A DNA stretch of 51,469 bases from Candidatus Falkowbacteria bacterium (GTDB taxonomy: Bacteria > Patescibacteriota > Patescibacteriia > Patescibacteriales > UBA12465): the NCBI GenBank assembly GCA_037132255.1, contig JBAXPN010000006.1, positions 1-51,469 on the forward strand. The letters run 5' to 3'. The translations under genes were made by a program, and so were the position numbers. Shown here in pieces: positions 17,987-28,025 of this stretch. A model generated the notes under the pieces. It was given only the letters and a program-made list of their open reading frames with translations, did not search any database and was not told where the DNA came from. The number at the start of each line of letters is the position of its first letter. The first letter of the stretch is position 1.

Positions 17987-20779
17987 ATGTCTAAAACAAA
18001 ACCCAAATTAATCATTATTGACGGAAACGCCCTTATTCATCGGAGTTTTCATGCCCTGCCGCCAACACTACGCACTAAAAAAGGCGTGCTAGTTAATGCT
18101 GTTTATGGCTTCACTTCTTTTCTCCTAAAAGCCTTAAATGAATTTCATCCCGAATATGTAGTTTTAACATTAGATAAAAAGGGACCAACCTTTCGCCATG
18201 AAGCCTATACCGAATACAAGGCGACGCGCGTTAAGGCGCCGGACGAATTATATGAACAAATCCCTTTGGTAAAAAAAGTGGCCGAAGCTTTTAATATTCC
18301 GATCTTCGAATTAAGCGGTTTTGAAGCGGACGATCTTATTGGCACAATTTGTGAGAAAACAAAAAAAGAAAAAAACCTAGAAAAAATAATTATTACCGGC
18401 GATCTTGATACTTTGCAATTAATCGACAACCAGACAAAAGTTTATACAATGAGCCGCGGACTCTCAGATAGTGTTTTATATGGCGCCGAAGAAGTTCGTG
18501 CACGATACAGTCTTAACCCCGACCAAATTATTGATTATAAAGCTTTACGCGGTGATGTGAGCGATAATATTCCGGGCGTTAAAGGTATCGGCGAAAAAAC
18601 GGCCAGCGAATTACTAGTTGAATTTAAAACTCTTGATGGCGTTTATACGGCGGCCGAAAAAAATAGCGCGAAAATTAAGCCACGCATCATTGAATTATTA
18701 AAAGAACATAAAGATAGCGCCTATTTAAGTCAAAGCTTGGCAACTATTCATCTCGAAGCACCTCTAAAATTTTCCCTTCGCGATATTAGCTTTACCTCAT
18801 TCAAGCTAGAGAATGTCATGGAGGTATTTAGTGAATTTGAGTTTAAATCACTTCTGATTAAAGTTAAGGACCTGCGTGACAATATTAATAAAGCACATGA
18901 TCGTCAGGAAAGTTCTTCGGCAAAAACTAATAGCAAAGAAACCGAGAATCAGGGCGATGGACAAAAATCGGGTGAACTTAAATTTGTGCGTAATGCTAAA
19001 AAATTTAATTATCAATTAGTTGATGACGATAAAAAATTCTCCAGTTTTTTAAAAAAACTAAAAATTCAAAAAGAGTTTGCGCTCGATACTGAAACTTCAG
19101 GACTCGACCCAATAACAGCCGAATTAATCGGCATCAGTTTTTCCTGGAAAGAAGGCGAGGCCTATTTTATTATTATTAATAAAAATAGATTAAGTGAATT
19201 AAAACCAATTTTGGAGAATACTAAAATAAAAAAGTTTGGTCATAATTTGAAATTTGATTGGCGCGTTTTAAAAAACCAGGGAGTAGAACTAAATGGTTTA
19301 AACTTCGATACGATGATTGCTTCCTATTTATTAAACCCGGGGAACCGCCAACACAATTTAGATTCAATCGTCTTTACTGAGCTCGGTTTTGAAAAAATCA
19401 GTAAAAGTAATCTAGCCTCTACGCAGCCCGCCCAACTATCAATAGACTTCAAAGCGCTTGATCCAGAAAAATTAAGTCTTTATTCCTGCGAAGATGCTGA
19501 TTTTACGAACCGCCTGGTTAAAATATTAAGTAAACGCCTTAAGACGGAAGGGCTTAGCGATTTATTTAATCGTCTTGAAATGCCGCTGGTCGCCATACTC
19601 GGCGAAGTAGAAAATAATGGGATAATATTAGACTTAGAGCCGCTAAAACTTTTAGACAAAGAGGTTGGCGGAAAACTCGCGCAACTTGAAAAAAATATTC
19701 ATAAGCTAGCAAAAGTAAAATTCAATATTAATTCAACCAAGCAATTAAAAGAAGTTCTCTTTGAAAAATTAGCCATTCCGACTGATAATATTAAAAAAAC
19801 AAAAACTGGTTTTTCGACCGCCGAAGATGAACTCGAGAAATTAAATGATCTTCACCCCATAATCCCGCAACTCCGCGACTATCGAGAATTAAATAAACTA
19901 CAAACAACTTATTTAAATGCTTTGCCAACAATGGTCAACGCGAAGACAGGGCGAATCCATACTAACTTTAACCAAACTGTGGCCGCCACTGGTCGCCTTT
20001 CTTCAAACGACCCAAATCTCCAAAATATTCCAACCCGAACCGAAGAAGGACGTAAAGTCAGAGCGGCTTTCGTTGCTGCGCCTGGCTTCCGTCTAATTGG
20101 TTTCGATTATTCACAAATCGAACTTCGTCTCGCCGCCCATATTTCCGGAGATAAAAAAATGATTAGCGCTTTTAAAAATAAAGAAGATATTCATACGGCA
20201 ACGGCCGCGGAAATAAACGGCGTCAAATTAAGCGAGGTGGCAAAAAATATGCGCCGCGAAGCAAAGGCGATTAATTTTGGCATTCTCTACGGGCAAGGGC
20301 CGCATGGTCTAAGCCAATCAGCCGGTATTCCCTATTGGCAAGCAAATGAATTTATTAAAAAATATTGGGAAGTTTATCCGAGTGTTAAAAAAATGATTGA
20401 TAGTTCAATTAAAGAGGCGAGAAAAAATTCTTATGCCATTACTTTATTTGGACGTAAGCGCCCATTACCGGAAATAAATTCTAGCATTCCGATGATTAGA
20501 AAAAGTGCTGAGCGCATGGCGATAAATACGCCGCTCCAAGGAACAGCGGCCGACTTAATAAAGATGGCAATGATTAAAGTTGAAGAATTAATTAAAGGCC
20601 AAGAAGATGATATCCGAATGCTTCTACAGATTCACGATGAGTTGATTTTTGAAATTAAAAAAGATAAGATTAGTTTTTATTCGCCGAAAATAAGAGATAT
20701 CATGCAAGATGTCTTAAAGTTACGCGTGCCAATAATCGTTGATGAAAGTATTGGTGATAATTGGGGCGAACTAAAATAA
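17987..20779 (+). CDS. polA: DNA polymerase I
   Basis: 5'-3' exonuclease (IDGNAL, EADD), 3'-5' exonuclease (DTET, HNLKFD, YSCEDA), polymerase motifs DYSQIELR, KAINFG.LYG and QIHDEL. Confidence 0.98.
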   Translation: MSKTKPKLIIIDGNALIHRSFHALPPTLRTKKGVLVNAVYGFTSFLLKALNEFHPEYVVLTLDKKGPTFRHEAYTEYKATRVKAPDELYEQIPLVKKVAEAFNIPIFELSGFEADDLIGTICEKTKKEKNLEKIIITGDLDTLQLIDNQTKVYTMSRGLSDSVLYGAEEVRARYSLNPDQIIDYKALRGDVSDNIPGVKGIGEKTASELLVEFKTLDGVYTAAEKNSAKIKPRIIELLKEHKDSAYLSQSLATIHLEAPLKFSLRDISFTSFKLENVMEVFSEFEFKSLLIKVKDLRDNINKAHDRQESSSAKTNSKETENQGDGQKSGELKFVRNAKKFNYQLVDDDKKFSSFLKKLKIQKEFALDTETSGLDPITAELIGISFSWKEGEAYFIIINKNRLSELKPILENTKIKKFGHNLKFDWRVLKNQGVELNGLNFDTMIASYLLNPGNRQHNLDSIVFTELGFEKISKSNLASTQPAQLSIDFKALDPEKLSLYSCEDADFTNRLVKILSKRLKTEGLSDLFNRLEMPLVAILGEVENNGIILDLEPLKLLDKEVGGKLAQLEKNIHKLAKVKFNINSTKQLKEVLFEKLAIPTDNIKKTKTGFSTAEDELEKLNDLHPIIPQLRDYRELNKLQTTYLNALPTMVNAKTGRIHTNFNQTVAATGRLSSNDPNLQNIPTRTEEGRKVRAAFVAAPGFRLIGFDYSQIELRLAAHISGDKKMISAFKNKEDIHTATAAEINGVKLSEVAKNMRREAKAINFGILYGQGPHGLSQSAGIPYWQANEFIKKYWEVYPSVKKMIDSSIKEARKNSYAITLFGRKRPLPEINSSIPMIRKSAERMAINTPLQGTAADLIKMAMIKVEELIKGQEDDIRMLLQIHDELIFEIKKDKISFYSPKIRDIMQDVLKLRVPIIVDESIGDNWGELK

Positions 20780-20840
20780 AAAACCGCCTCAGGGGAGACG
20801 GTTGAACATAGTTTAAAAAAAGAAATTTTAAAAGGCCAAT

Positions 20841-21101
20841 TTAGGTCACCACTGCTTGGTTATCGGGAACAGGATCTTCTTCCTCGGGATAAACCAACAT
20901 GGCTGGTATCACGGAAAGGATTCCTCCGATAAGGATCAGGTAGGCTACCCATTGATGACTAGATGGTTCAAACCAGGCAAGCGGTTGCATTGTAAACAGG
21001 CAAAGGTCAACACCGAAGCCAAAGTACAAAATAACATTTACCACCAAGAGAGCAAAGATGAACCAGCAAAAGTAAGACAGGATTTTTCTGAATTTTTTCA
21101 T
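20841..21101 (-). CDS. Small 2-TM hypothetical protein
   Basis: 86-aa ORF with two hydrophobic helices; 5' leader resembles that of dgt. Confidence 0.6.
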   Translation of the reverse strand: MKKFRKILSYFCWFIFALLVVNVILYFGFGVDLCLFTMQPLAWFEPSSHQWVAYLILIGGILSVIPAMLVYPEEEDPVPDNQAVVT

Positions 21102-21202
21102 GGATTGTGGATTTTTAGTTTATATTTGGGGATTTAATGAACTACCAAAACATTATAATATTTCATAGCTATAGTCAATAAAACAAGCAGTGCATAAATA
21201 CA

Positions 21203-23836
21203 ATGAAAATAGAAATTAAAAAACCGAATATTTTTACATTTGAATCTTATTTTATTAATGAAAAATTAAATACGATTAGTTTTAATTATTCTTTTAATAA
21301 TGGACTTAAATTTACCGAGTCAATTTCTCTTGGGGGTGGCCAAATTAATTGGAAAGGGCTTAACCACGAATTGATTAATCGAATTGTTTTCAATCTTCAG
21401 CTCGCGCTTGGCATCGGCTACTATAAAACATACTGCCCAAAAAAAATTGTTATTAAAAATGGGGTTCTCTCAAAAGCTGAGGCAGTGTTCTGGAATAAAC
21501 TTTATACCAAAGGTCTCGGTGAATTTTTTTATCGCAATAAAATTGATTACCGCGGTCTAATAAATTTCCCTTATCAAAAAAACCAAAAGACTCAGGCAAT
21601 TAATATTAAGCTTTCTAATAATGTCTTACTTCCTTGGGGCGGAGGGAAAGATTCTTGCGTCTCTGCCGAACTATTAAAAGAGCTTGGCCATGATTTTACC
21701 CTAATTACTTTGCGCGATAGCGATATCCAAAGAGCGACGGCGAAAATTAGCGGCAAAAGAAGAATTATAAATGAGCGGACAATCGACCCAGCCTTAATCG
21801 AATTAAATAAAACCGGAGTTTATAACGGACATATTCCTATTTCAGCTATCTACTCCTGGACCACTGTTTTAACGGCCGCTCTCTATAATTACCGCCATAT
21901 TATTTATTCAAACGAAGCCAGCGCTAATTTCGGGAATGTTAAATATCTAGGCTCAGAAATTAATCACCAATATAGCAAGTCACTTGAATTTGAAAATGAC
22001 TTTCGAGAATATTTAAAAAACTTTGTCTCCCCAGATATTAATCATTTTAGTTCCCTGCGCCAGTTTTCTGATTTAAAAATCAGCCGTCTTTTTTCTAAAT
22101 ATCCACAATATTTTCCCGTATTCTCAAGTTGTAATCGTAATTTTTCAATTACTAAACATTCCTCCTCACGCTGGTGTGGTAAGTGCCCGAAATGCTTATT
22201 TACTTTCTCACAACTTGCCGCTTATATTGAGCGGCCAAAATTAATTAATATCTTTGGACAAAATCTTTTTGCCAAAAAAGAGCTCCTGCCTTTATTCCAA
22301 GAACTCTGGGGCGAAAAAAGATTTAAACCTTTTGACTGCGTCGGCACGCCGAACGAAGTTAGGGCTGCGTTACTTCTTGTCAGTGCAAAGGCGGCATGGA
22401 GAGAAGATTATATTGTTAAGTATTTTCAAAAAAATATTGCCTCTAAAATTAACAAGCCCGAAAACATTATTAGCGCTGCTCTAAAAAATAAAAGTGAACA
22501 TAATATTCCGGCTGACTTCCGCTCAACTTTAATTCTTGGTTACGGGCTAGAAGGAAAATTCGCTTATTCTTATTTACGTCATAAATACCCGGATTTCAAA
22601 TTTGCGTTAGCCGATAAAAAACCCATTACAATTTCCGACAAAAAGGTTAAAGTTATTTCCGGCCAAAATTATTTAGATGCTATAAATGATTACGAAGTGA
22701 TTATCAAATCTCCTGGCATTAGCAATTTTGAGCCGAGACTAATTAAAGCAAAGTCTGCCGGGCGAGAAATAAGCTCGATAACTAACATTTTTCTTAGCGT
22801 CTATGGAGCGCAAACTATTGGCGTTACCGGGACCAAAGGAAAAAGCACAACCGCTTCTTTAATTTACGAAATATTAAAAGCCAGCGGAAAAAAAGTTTAT
22901 CTTATTGGTAATATCGGTTTCGATCCACTTGAACATTTAACAGCCAAATTCGACGAGAACAAAATATTTGTTTACGAATTATCGAGCTATCAATTATCCA
23001 TTGCAGATCAGAGTCCTCATATTGCAGTTTTTATTAATATATTTCCCGACCACCTTCCCTATCACCAAGGTTTTAATAATTATTTCCGGGCCAAAACCAA
23101 TATTACGAATTTCCAAAAAAATAATGATTTCTTAGTATATAATTCCGAATACGAGGCAATCAAAAAATTAGCTGCAAACACAAAGGCGAAGGCAGTATCT
23201 TATCTTAAGGAGTGCTCGATTCAAAATGATAGTATTTATTATCACAAAGAAAAAATAATAGCACTAAATAAAATTAAACTTCTCGGAACTCATAATCTAA
23301 AGAATATTATGGCGGCGATCTGCGTCGCCAAACAATATAAAGCGGCGGATACGGCCATCTATAAAGCCTTAGTAAAATTTGTTAATCTTGAACATCGCCT
23401 CCAATTCGTTGGTCAATTTAAAGGTATCTCATTTTACGATGATGCTATTTCAACTACTCCAGAATCAACGCTTGTTGCCCTTGAAGTCTTCAAAGAAAAA
23501 ATTGGAACAATTATTCTTGGCGGCGAAGATAGAGGCTATAAGTTTAGCACGCTAGCAAAACGCTTAGCCGAATTAAAAATTGAAAATTTTGTTTTCTTCC
23601 CTGATAGCGGAGAAAAGATCGCCAAAGAAATTAAGCTTGCCTACCAGAAAAAGAAATTAACATTACCAAAAATTCTCTTTACTAAAAATATGGACGCGGC
23701 AGTAAAATTTTCCTACCAGAACACCAAGCCTGAACAAGTCTGTTTACTCTCTACTGCTTCTCCAAGCTATTCCCTGTTTAAAGATTTCAAGGAAAAAGGA
23801 AATTTATTTCAATCGGCTATAAAAAAAATTCAATAA
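21203..23836 (+). CDS. MurL-like epimerase fused to MurD(2)-like ligase
   Basis: N-half GLGEFFYRN, GGGKDS, NGHIP, SNEASA, NHQYSKS, SSCNRNF and WCGKCPKC; C-half LGYGLEG, GTKGKST, ELSSYQL, PDHL and HRL. Confidence 0.85.
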   Translation: MKIEIKKPNIFTFESYFINEKLNTISFNYSFNNGLKFTESISLGGGQINWKGLNHELINRIVFNLQLALGIGYYKTYCPKKIVIKNGVLSKAEAVFWNKLYTKGLGEFFYRNKIDYRGLINFPYQKNQKTQAINIKLSNNVLLPWGGGKDSCVSAELLKELGHDFTLITLRDSDIQRATAKISGKRRIINERTIDPALIELNKTGVYNGHIPISAIYSWTTVLTAALYNYRHIIYSNEASANFGNVKYLGSEINHQYSKSLEFENDFREYLKNFVSPDINHFSSLRQFSDLKISRLFSKYPQYFPVFSSCNRNFSITKHSSSRWCGKCPKCLFTFSQLAAYIERPKLINIFGQNLFAKKELLPLFQELWGEKRFKPFDCVGTPNEVRAALLLVSAKAAWREDYIVKYFQKNIASKINKPENIISAALKNKSEHNIPADFRSTLILGYGLEGKFAYSYLRHKYPDFKFALADKKPITISDKKVKVISGQNYLDAINDYEVIIKSPGISNFEPRLIKAKSAGREISSITNIFLSVYGAQTIGVTGTKGKSTTASLIYEILKASGKKVYLIGNIGFDPLEHLTAKFDENKIFVYELSSYQLSIADQSPHIAVFINIFPDHLPYHQGFNNYFRAKTNITNFQKNNDFLVYNSEYEAIKKLAANTKAKAVSYLKECSIQNDSIYYHKEKIIALNKIKLLGTHNLKNIMAAICVAKQYKAADTAIYKALVKFVNLEHRLQFVGQFKGISFYDDAISTTPESTLVALEVFKEKIGTIILGGEDRGYKFSTLAKRLAELKIENFVFFPDSGEKIAKEIKLAYQKKKLTLPKILFTKNMDAAVKFSYQNTKPEQVCLLSTASPSYSLFKDFKEKGNLFQSAIKKIQ

Positions 23837-23841
23837 ATAAA

Positions 23842-24810
23842 ATGATCATATTTTTACACGGCGCCGATTCCTTCCGCAGCCATCGGATGCTCCTGGAAAT
23901 GAAAAAAAAGTTTATAAGCGACACTGACCATGATTCGAATAGTTTAAGTTTACTCGACGGTCAAGCGACAACTCTAAAAGAAATCGGCGAAAAAATAAAT
24001 ACCGGTTCGCTTTTTGTAAAAAAGCGGATGGTTATTATCGAAAATATATTCAAAAATAAAAAAACTAAAATATTTACTGAGCTCGCTGATTACCTTAAGA
24101 AGTTTTCCGATAGCGAAGATAATATAATTATTTTTATTGATGAAGAAGTTGGCGGGAAGAATAAAGTCTTAAAAGTAGATGCAAAAAAATTGTTTACTTT
24201 CTTAAACAAACAAAAATACGTCCAAGAATTCCCGCCACTTTCAAATATACAACTCCTAAGTTTTATTAAAAAAGAAGCATCAACATATAATAAAGAGATG
24301 GCTGCTAACGCCGCCGCTTCCCTCATAAATTTAGCCAACGGAGATTTATGGATTATGTCTAGTGAAATAAAAAAACTTTCTTTCCATACATCAGCTAAAA
24401 TTATTAGTGACAGCGATGTCCAAGAACTTTGCGCCGGAGCGATTAACGATAATATCTTTGCTTTAACCGATGCGCTTAGCGCCAAAAATAAAAACCTGGC
24501 TTTAAAATTATTAGAAGAACAATACGCCGCAGGACTTAGCGATGAATATCTAATCGCGATGCTAATCAGACAATTCAAAATTCTTCTCCAAATACGAACG
24601 GCGATTGATAGCAATTTAAGTCAGACCGAAATGGCAAGCCAATTAAAACTTCACCCCTTTGTTGTTAAAAAAGGATTATTTCAAGCGAAAAATTTTAGCG
24701 CCACTAATTTGAAAAATTACTTAAATCAATTGATTCGTTTGGACTTTTCAAATAAAAATGGTCTAAGTCAGATAAAAACTGAACTAATGTTACTTATTTC
24801 CACCCTCTAA
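23842..24810 (+). CDS. holA: DNA polymerase III delta subunit
   Basis: FLHGAD start, SLF..KR, EI.KL, IFALTDA and LHPFVVKK. Confidence 0.9.
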   Translation: MIIFLHGADSFRSHRMLLEMKKKFISDTDHDSNSLSLLDGQATTLKEIGEKINTGSLFVKKRMVIIENIFKNKKTKIFTELADYLKKFSDSEDNIIIFIDEEVGGKNKVLKVDAKKLFTFLNKQKYVQEFPPLSNIQLLSFIKKEASTYNKEMAANAAASLINLANGDLWIMSSEIKKLSFHTSAKIISDSDVQELCAGAINDNIFALTDALSAKNKNLALKLLEEQYAAGLSDEYLIAMLIRQFKILLQIRTAIDSNLSQTEMASQLKLHPFVVKKGLFQAKNFSATNLKNYLNQLIRLDFSNKNGLSQIKTELMLLISTL

Positions 24811-24861
24811 AGACTTGCCTTTTTATTTATTATTTGTTACATTATTACACGTCAATTCAAA

Positions 24862-24935
24862 GGGCAATTAGCTCAGTTGGTTAGAGCGCAACACTGATAA
24901 TGTTGAGGTCGGAGGTTCGAATCCTCCATTGCCCA
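24862..24935 (+). tRNA. tRNA-Ile(GAT)
   Basis: Cloverleaf; anticodon loop CTGATAA. Confidence 0.96.
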
Positions 24936-24950
24936 CTCTATAGTATTTAT

Positions 24951-25023
24951 AGCGGGATAGAGCAGTTGGCAGCTCGCTAGGCCCATAACCTAGAGGTCGT
25001 CGGTTCGAGTCCGACTCCCGCAA
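24951..25023 (+). tRNA. tRNA-fMet(CAT), initiator-like
   Basis: 1:72 mismatch (A/A), A11:U24, anticodon loop CCCATAA. Confidence 0.9.
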
Positions 25024-25050
25024 CTAGTTTTAACAATTTTATTTTTTCAT

Positions 25051-25125
25051 GCCTCGGTAGCTCAGTGGTAGAGCAAAGGACTGAAAATCCTTGTGTCGTC
25101 AGTTCGATTCTGACCCGGGGCACCA
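25051..25125 (+). tRNA. tRNA-Phe(GAA)
   Basis: Cloverleaf; loop CTGAAAA; encoded CCA. Confidence 0.96.
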
Positions 25126-25190
25126 AGAAAGAAATAAAGATGTAAACCTGTTGTATTGTTGTCGGGTTTATTTTTTTACATAGCATGCCA

Positions 25191-25265
25191 CGGGGTGTGG
25201 CCCAGTTGGTCTAAGGCGTCTGGTTTGGGACCAGAAGATCGAGAGTTCGAATCTCTCCACCCCGA
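25191..25265 (+). tRNA. tRNA-Pro(TGG)
   Basis: C1:G72; loop TTTGGGA. Confidence 0.95.
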
Positions 25266-25320
25266 CATTCAAAAAAGAAGCTTATAGCTTCTTTTTTATT
25301 CCCCATTTTTAATTTAACGA

Positions 25321-26433
25321 TTAACTTATCTTTATTGGTGCTGGCGGTGCTGGTTTTTTAGATAGATAATTGGTCACTTTTGAAACCATCCAAGCAAGCC
25401 CGACGAAAAAAACAAAATATACTAAGGTCGCGAGCCAAGCCGGCATAAAACGATAAAAAATATCATAACGATACATTATCGGCCAATGCCAGAGATAAAT
25501 TTCATAAGAATAAATACCAATCCAATAAAAGATTTTAAATTCAATTTTCTTAAGGATAAATACAAGTGAAATTGCTAAAACCGCAATAATACTCATCCAC
25601 TGTTCTTTGTTCGGTGTCCCGCCAATTCCGGAATTATAATTAGCATAATAAAAAATAACCAAGAGTGCGGCAATAATTAAATAATAGGCACTCGCCCGCC
25701 AACCATGCGCAAATTTTTCTAATATCTCCGCTCCTTTTAATTTACTTACTCCCCAGGCAGCTAAGATGCCAAGCGGGAAAGCCATGATATGTACTTGATA
25801 TAAATGCAAGACGTAATCAAGCGAAGTCGGCTGTAAATCTATAACGAGGTAAGCAATTAAATATAAAATTATCGCCGAAATCCAGGGGTTTTTCTTGGAA
25901 AACACTAATGGGAATAATAAATAATAAGCAATAATAAAAGTTAAATACCAAAGAGGAGAGTTTATATCTTCATATAAATTGGCATGCGCAAAAATACCAA
26001 TTACCGCCTTCCCGATGTATCCCCAGGAGTAAGTTAATTTTAAAACAAAGAGATCCAGTCCCAAGAAAACAAAAAGCGATATCCAAAATGGTATGAATAA
26101 TTTAAGCAATCTTTTTTTATAAAATTGCCAGACGCCCAAATCTTTCTGTAATTGGCTAACAGTTAAGCCAAATCCAGAAAGGAAAAGAAAGAGGTTCACG
26201 CCAACACCAGCCATTATCGAAAGCGGCCAGAGAAAGCGCGTATCGCTCACTAAAAAATAACCAACATGAGAAAGCACTATCATAATAATAGCGAGTCCCT
26301 TGAGTTCGGTCGTTAAAGAAGAAGGAAACCATTCGGTAATTTTTCGCGGTTTAATAAAAATGAAAAGAATAACAAAAAAGACAATGGAAAAAATCCAGGT
26401 CTCTTGTATCGCGTTAGTTACTGGTATCAGCAT
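25321..26433 (-). CDS. Acyltransferase-3 (OafA/OatA-type) membrane protein
   Basis: LKGLAI..IV.SH, GVNLFLFLSGFGL, FYKKR, LWYL and SYEIYLWHWP. Confidence 0.9.
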   Translation of the reverse strand: MLIPVTNAIQETWIFSIVFFVILFIFIKPRKITEWFPSSLTTELKGLAIIMIVLSHVGYFLVSDTRFLWPLSIMAGVGVNLFLFLSGFGLTVSQLQKDLGVWQFYKKRLLKLFIPFWISLFVFLGLDLFVLKLTYSWGYIGKAVIGIFAHANLYEDINSPLWYLTFIIAYYLLFPLVFSKKNPWISAIILYLIAYLVIDLQPTSLDYVLHLYQVHIMAFPLGILAAWGVSKLKGAEILEKFAHGWRASAYYLIIAALLVIFYYANYNSGIGGTPNKEQWMSIIAVLAISLVFILKKIEFKIFYWIGIYSYEIYLWHWPIMYRYDIFYRFMPAWLATLVYFVFFVGLAWMVSKVTNYLSKKPAPPAPIKIS

Positions 26434-27184
26434 AAATTAAATCGGCCCAAATTTTATAACCTTGCGCAGAAGGATGAAAAAAATCAGCGGCGTAATAAGA
26501 ACCGTTCTCCTTAAATAGATCTTCGGTTTGTGTATATAAATCAATATATTTAACATTATATTTCGTGGCTAACTCTGCAATGACTTTGTTATATTGCTTA
26601 GTGCGACGATCAAATAAATAATTATAAGGAGGTAAAACTAAATTATTAGCACCAATGTAAGGAATATTTATAATATATATTTTAGCTTTCGTTTCTTTTG
26701 TTAATCTCTTTAATATTTTTTCATAATTAGCTTGAAATTCCTTTAAGCTAATTTGGCTATGCACGTCATTAACGCCAATTAATAAGGTTATAATATCGGG
26801 ATTATCGCGAATAGCAGCCGGGACTAGACCATCCAAAAGGTCCTTGGTCTTAGCACCAGGAATGGCCCTACTTTTGATAGCTACTTGATAGTCGTTCCCG
26901 GCAAAGTACTCGGCAAGCAAATGGGGGTAGCTTTGGTCATAAGTATCAACCCCAACGCCAGCCGTTAACGAGTCGCCTAAAGCGACATAGGTCAAACTTG
27001 AACTAGCCATCTCATTATTAACAACGAGATGGGAATGACTACGATCCGGGTTTTGTAGGTCAATTTTATCGATATGGTTATAGATATAGGCGTAAGAACG
27101 ATTAAAGTAGAGAGTGATAATAATAGCTAAAGCTAAGATAAGGGCTCCGAGCCAGGCGGCTCGTTTATAGTTGTGTTTATTCAT
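26414..27184 (-). CDS. Membrane-anchored SGNH/GDSL hydrolase
   Basis: N-terminal TM, GDSLTAG, GVND and DFFHPS. Confidence 0.9.
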   Translation of the reverse strand: MNKHNYKRAAWLGALILALAIIITLYFNRSYAYIYNHIDKIDLQNPDRSHSHLVVNNEMASSSLTYVALGDSLTAGVGVDTYDQSYPHLLAEYFAGNDYQVAIKSRAIPGAKTKDLLDGLVPAAIRDNPDIITLLIGVNDVHSQISLKEFQANYEKILKRLTKETKAKIYIINIPYIGANNLVLPPYNYLFDRRTKQYNKVIAELATKYNVKYIDLYTQTEDLFKENGSYYAADFFHPSAQGYKIWADLIYADTSN

Positions 27185-27301
27185 ACGCTAATATTATACA
27201 ATATTTTTCAAAAACGTGCATGTCCCGTGGGTCTTGATTTTTATTTACTATTATGTTAGTATTTGATTACTTTTAATTAATTAATATTTAGAAAATTCCG
27301 T

Positions 27302-27562
27302 ATGCCAAATAAGAAATCGGCGGAAAAAGAGTTGCGAAAGACTGTAAAAAGAAACGCCGCCAACAAGAAAGTAGCTAATAAGCTTAAGGATTTGGTTAAA
27401 ACTAACTTCAAGCAAATTAAAGCTAATGATAAGAAGGTTAAAGAAGATTATACCAAGACTATTAAAGCTATCGATAAGGCAGCTAAAAAAGGTATTATCA
27501 AGAAAAACACTGCTTCTCGTAAAAAATCGAGACTAATGAAAAAAGTTAACGCTTTAAAATAA
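27302..27562 (+). CDS. rpsT: 30S ribosomal protein S20
   Basis: MPNKKSA.K and IDKAAKKGIIKKNTASRKKSRL. Confidence 0.97.
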   Translation: MPNKKSAEKELRKTVKRNAANKKVANKLKDLVKTNFKQIKANDKKVKEDYTKTIKAIDKAAKKGIIKKNTASRKKSRLMKKVNALK

Positions 27563-27587
27563 GCGAATTATTAATATTAATATGAAC

Positions 27588-27642
27588 TTTTTCTGGGATG
27601 GGGGACAGCTTGGCCCACTTCTCGGATAAAGCCAAAGAAATT
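27588..27642 (+). promoter_or_regulatory. Putative structured rpsO leader
   Basis: TCTGGGA-TGGG...CCCA-CT-TCTCGGA stem; TTGGC can pair with GCCAA just before the ATG. Confidence 0.5.
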
Positions 27643-28020
27643 ATGTTAGACAAAAAAGCAAAGGAGAAAATTATTAAAAAATTCCGAGTCCATGACACCG
27701 ACACCGGTTCACCTCAAGTCCAAATTGCAATTTTAACTGAAGAGATCAAAGAATTGACTGAGCATTTAAAAAAACATAAACACGACTTCTCTTCTCGCCG
27801 CGGATTGCTTAAAAAGGTTGGCGAAAGACGTAAATTATTAAAATATTTACAAAAAGAAAGCGCAGAACAATTTAGAGATTTAGCTGAAAAGCTTAAATTA
27901 AAAATCGCTCAGAAATTAAGAGAAGAAGAAGAGGAAGAAAAAAAGAAGGAAAAGAAGTATATCGATCCTGAGGACGAGGCCGCTGAACCGAAAGAAGAAG
28001 TTTTGGAAGAGGACAAATAA
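27643..28020 (+). CDS. rpsO: 30S ribosomal protein S15 with acidic C-terminal extension
   Basis: [13 protein letters not shown] and [11 protein letters not shown]; start at ATG 27643. Confidence 0.96.
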   Translation: MLDKKAKEKIIKKFRVHDTDTGSPQVQIAILTEEIKELTEHLKKHKHDFSSRRGLLKKVGERRKLLKYLQKESAEQFRDLAEKLKLKIAQKLREEEEEEKKKEKKYIDPEDEAAEPKEEVLEEDK

Positions 28021-28025
28021 AAAAA

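Noticed and set aside
24977-25186. 69-aa minus-strand ORF, and likewise 42480-42662
   Set aside because: These are antisense shadows of tRNA genes.
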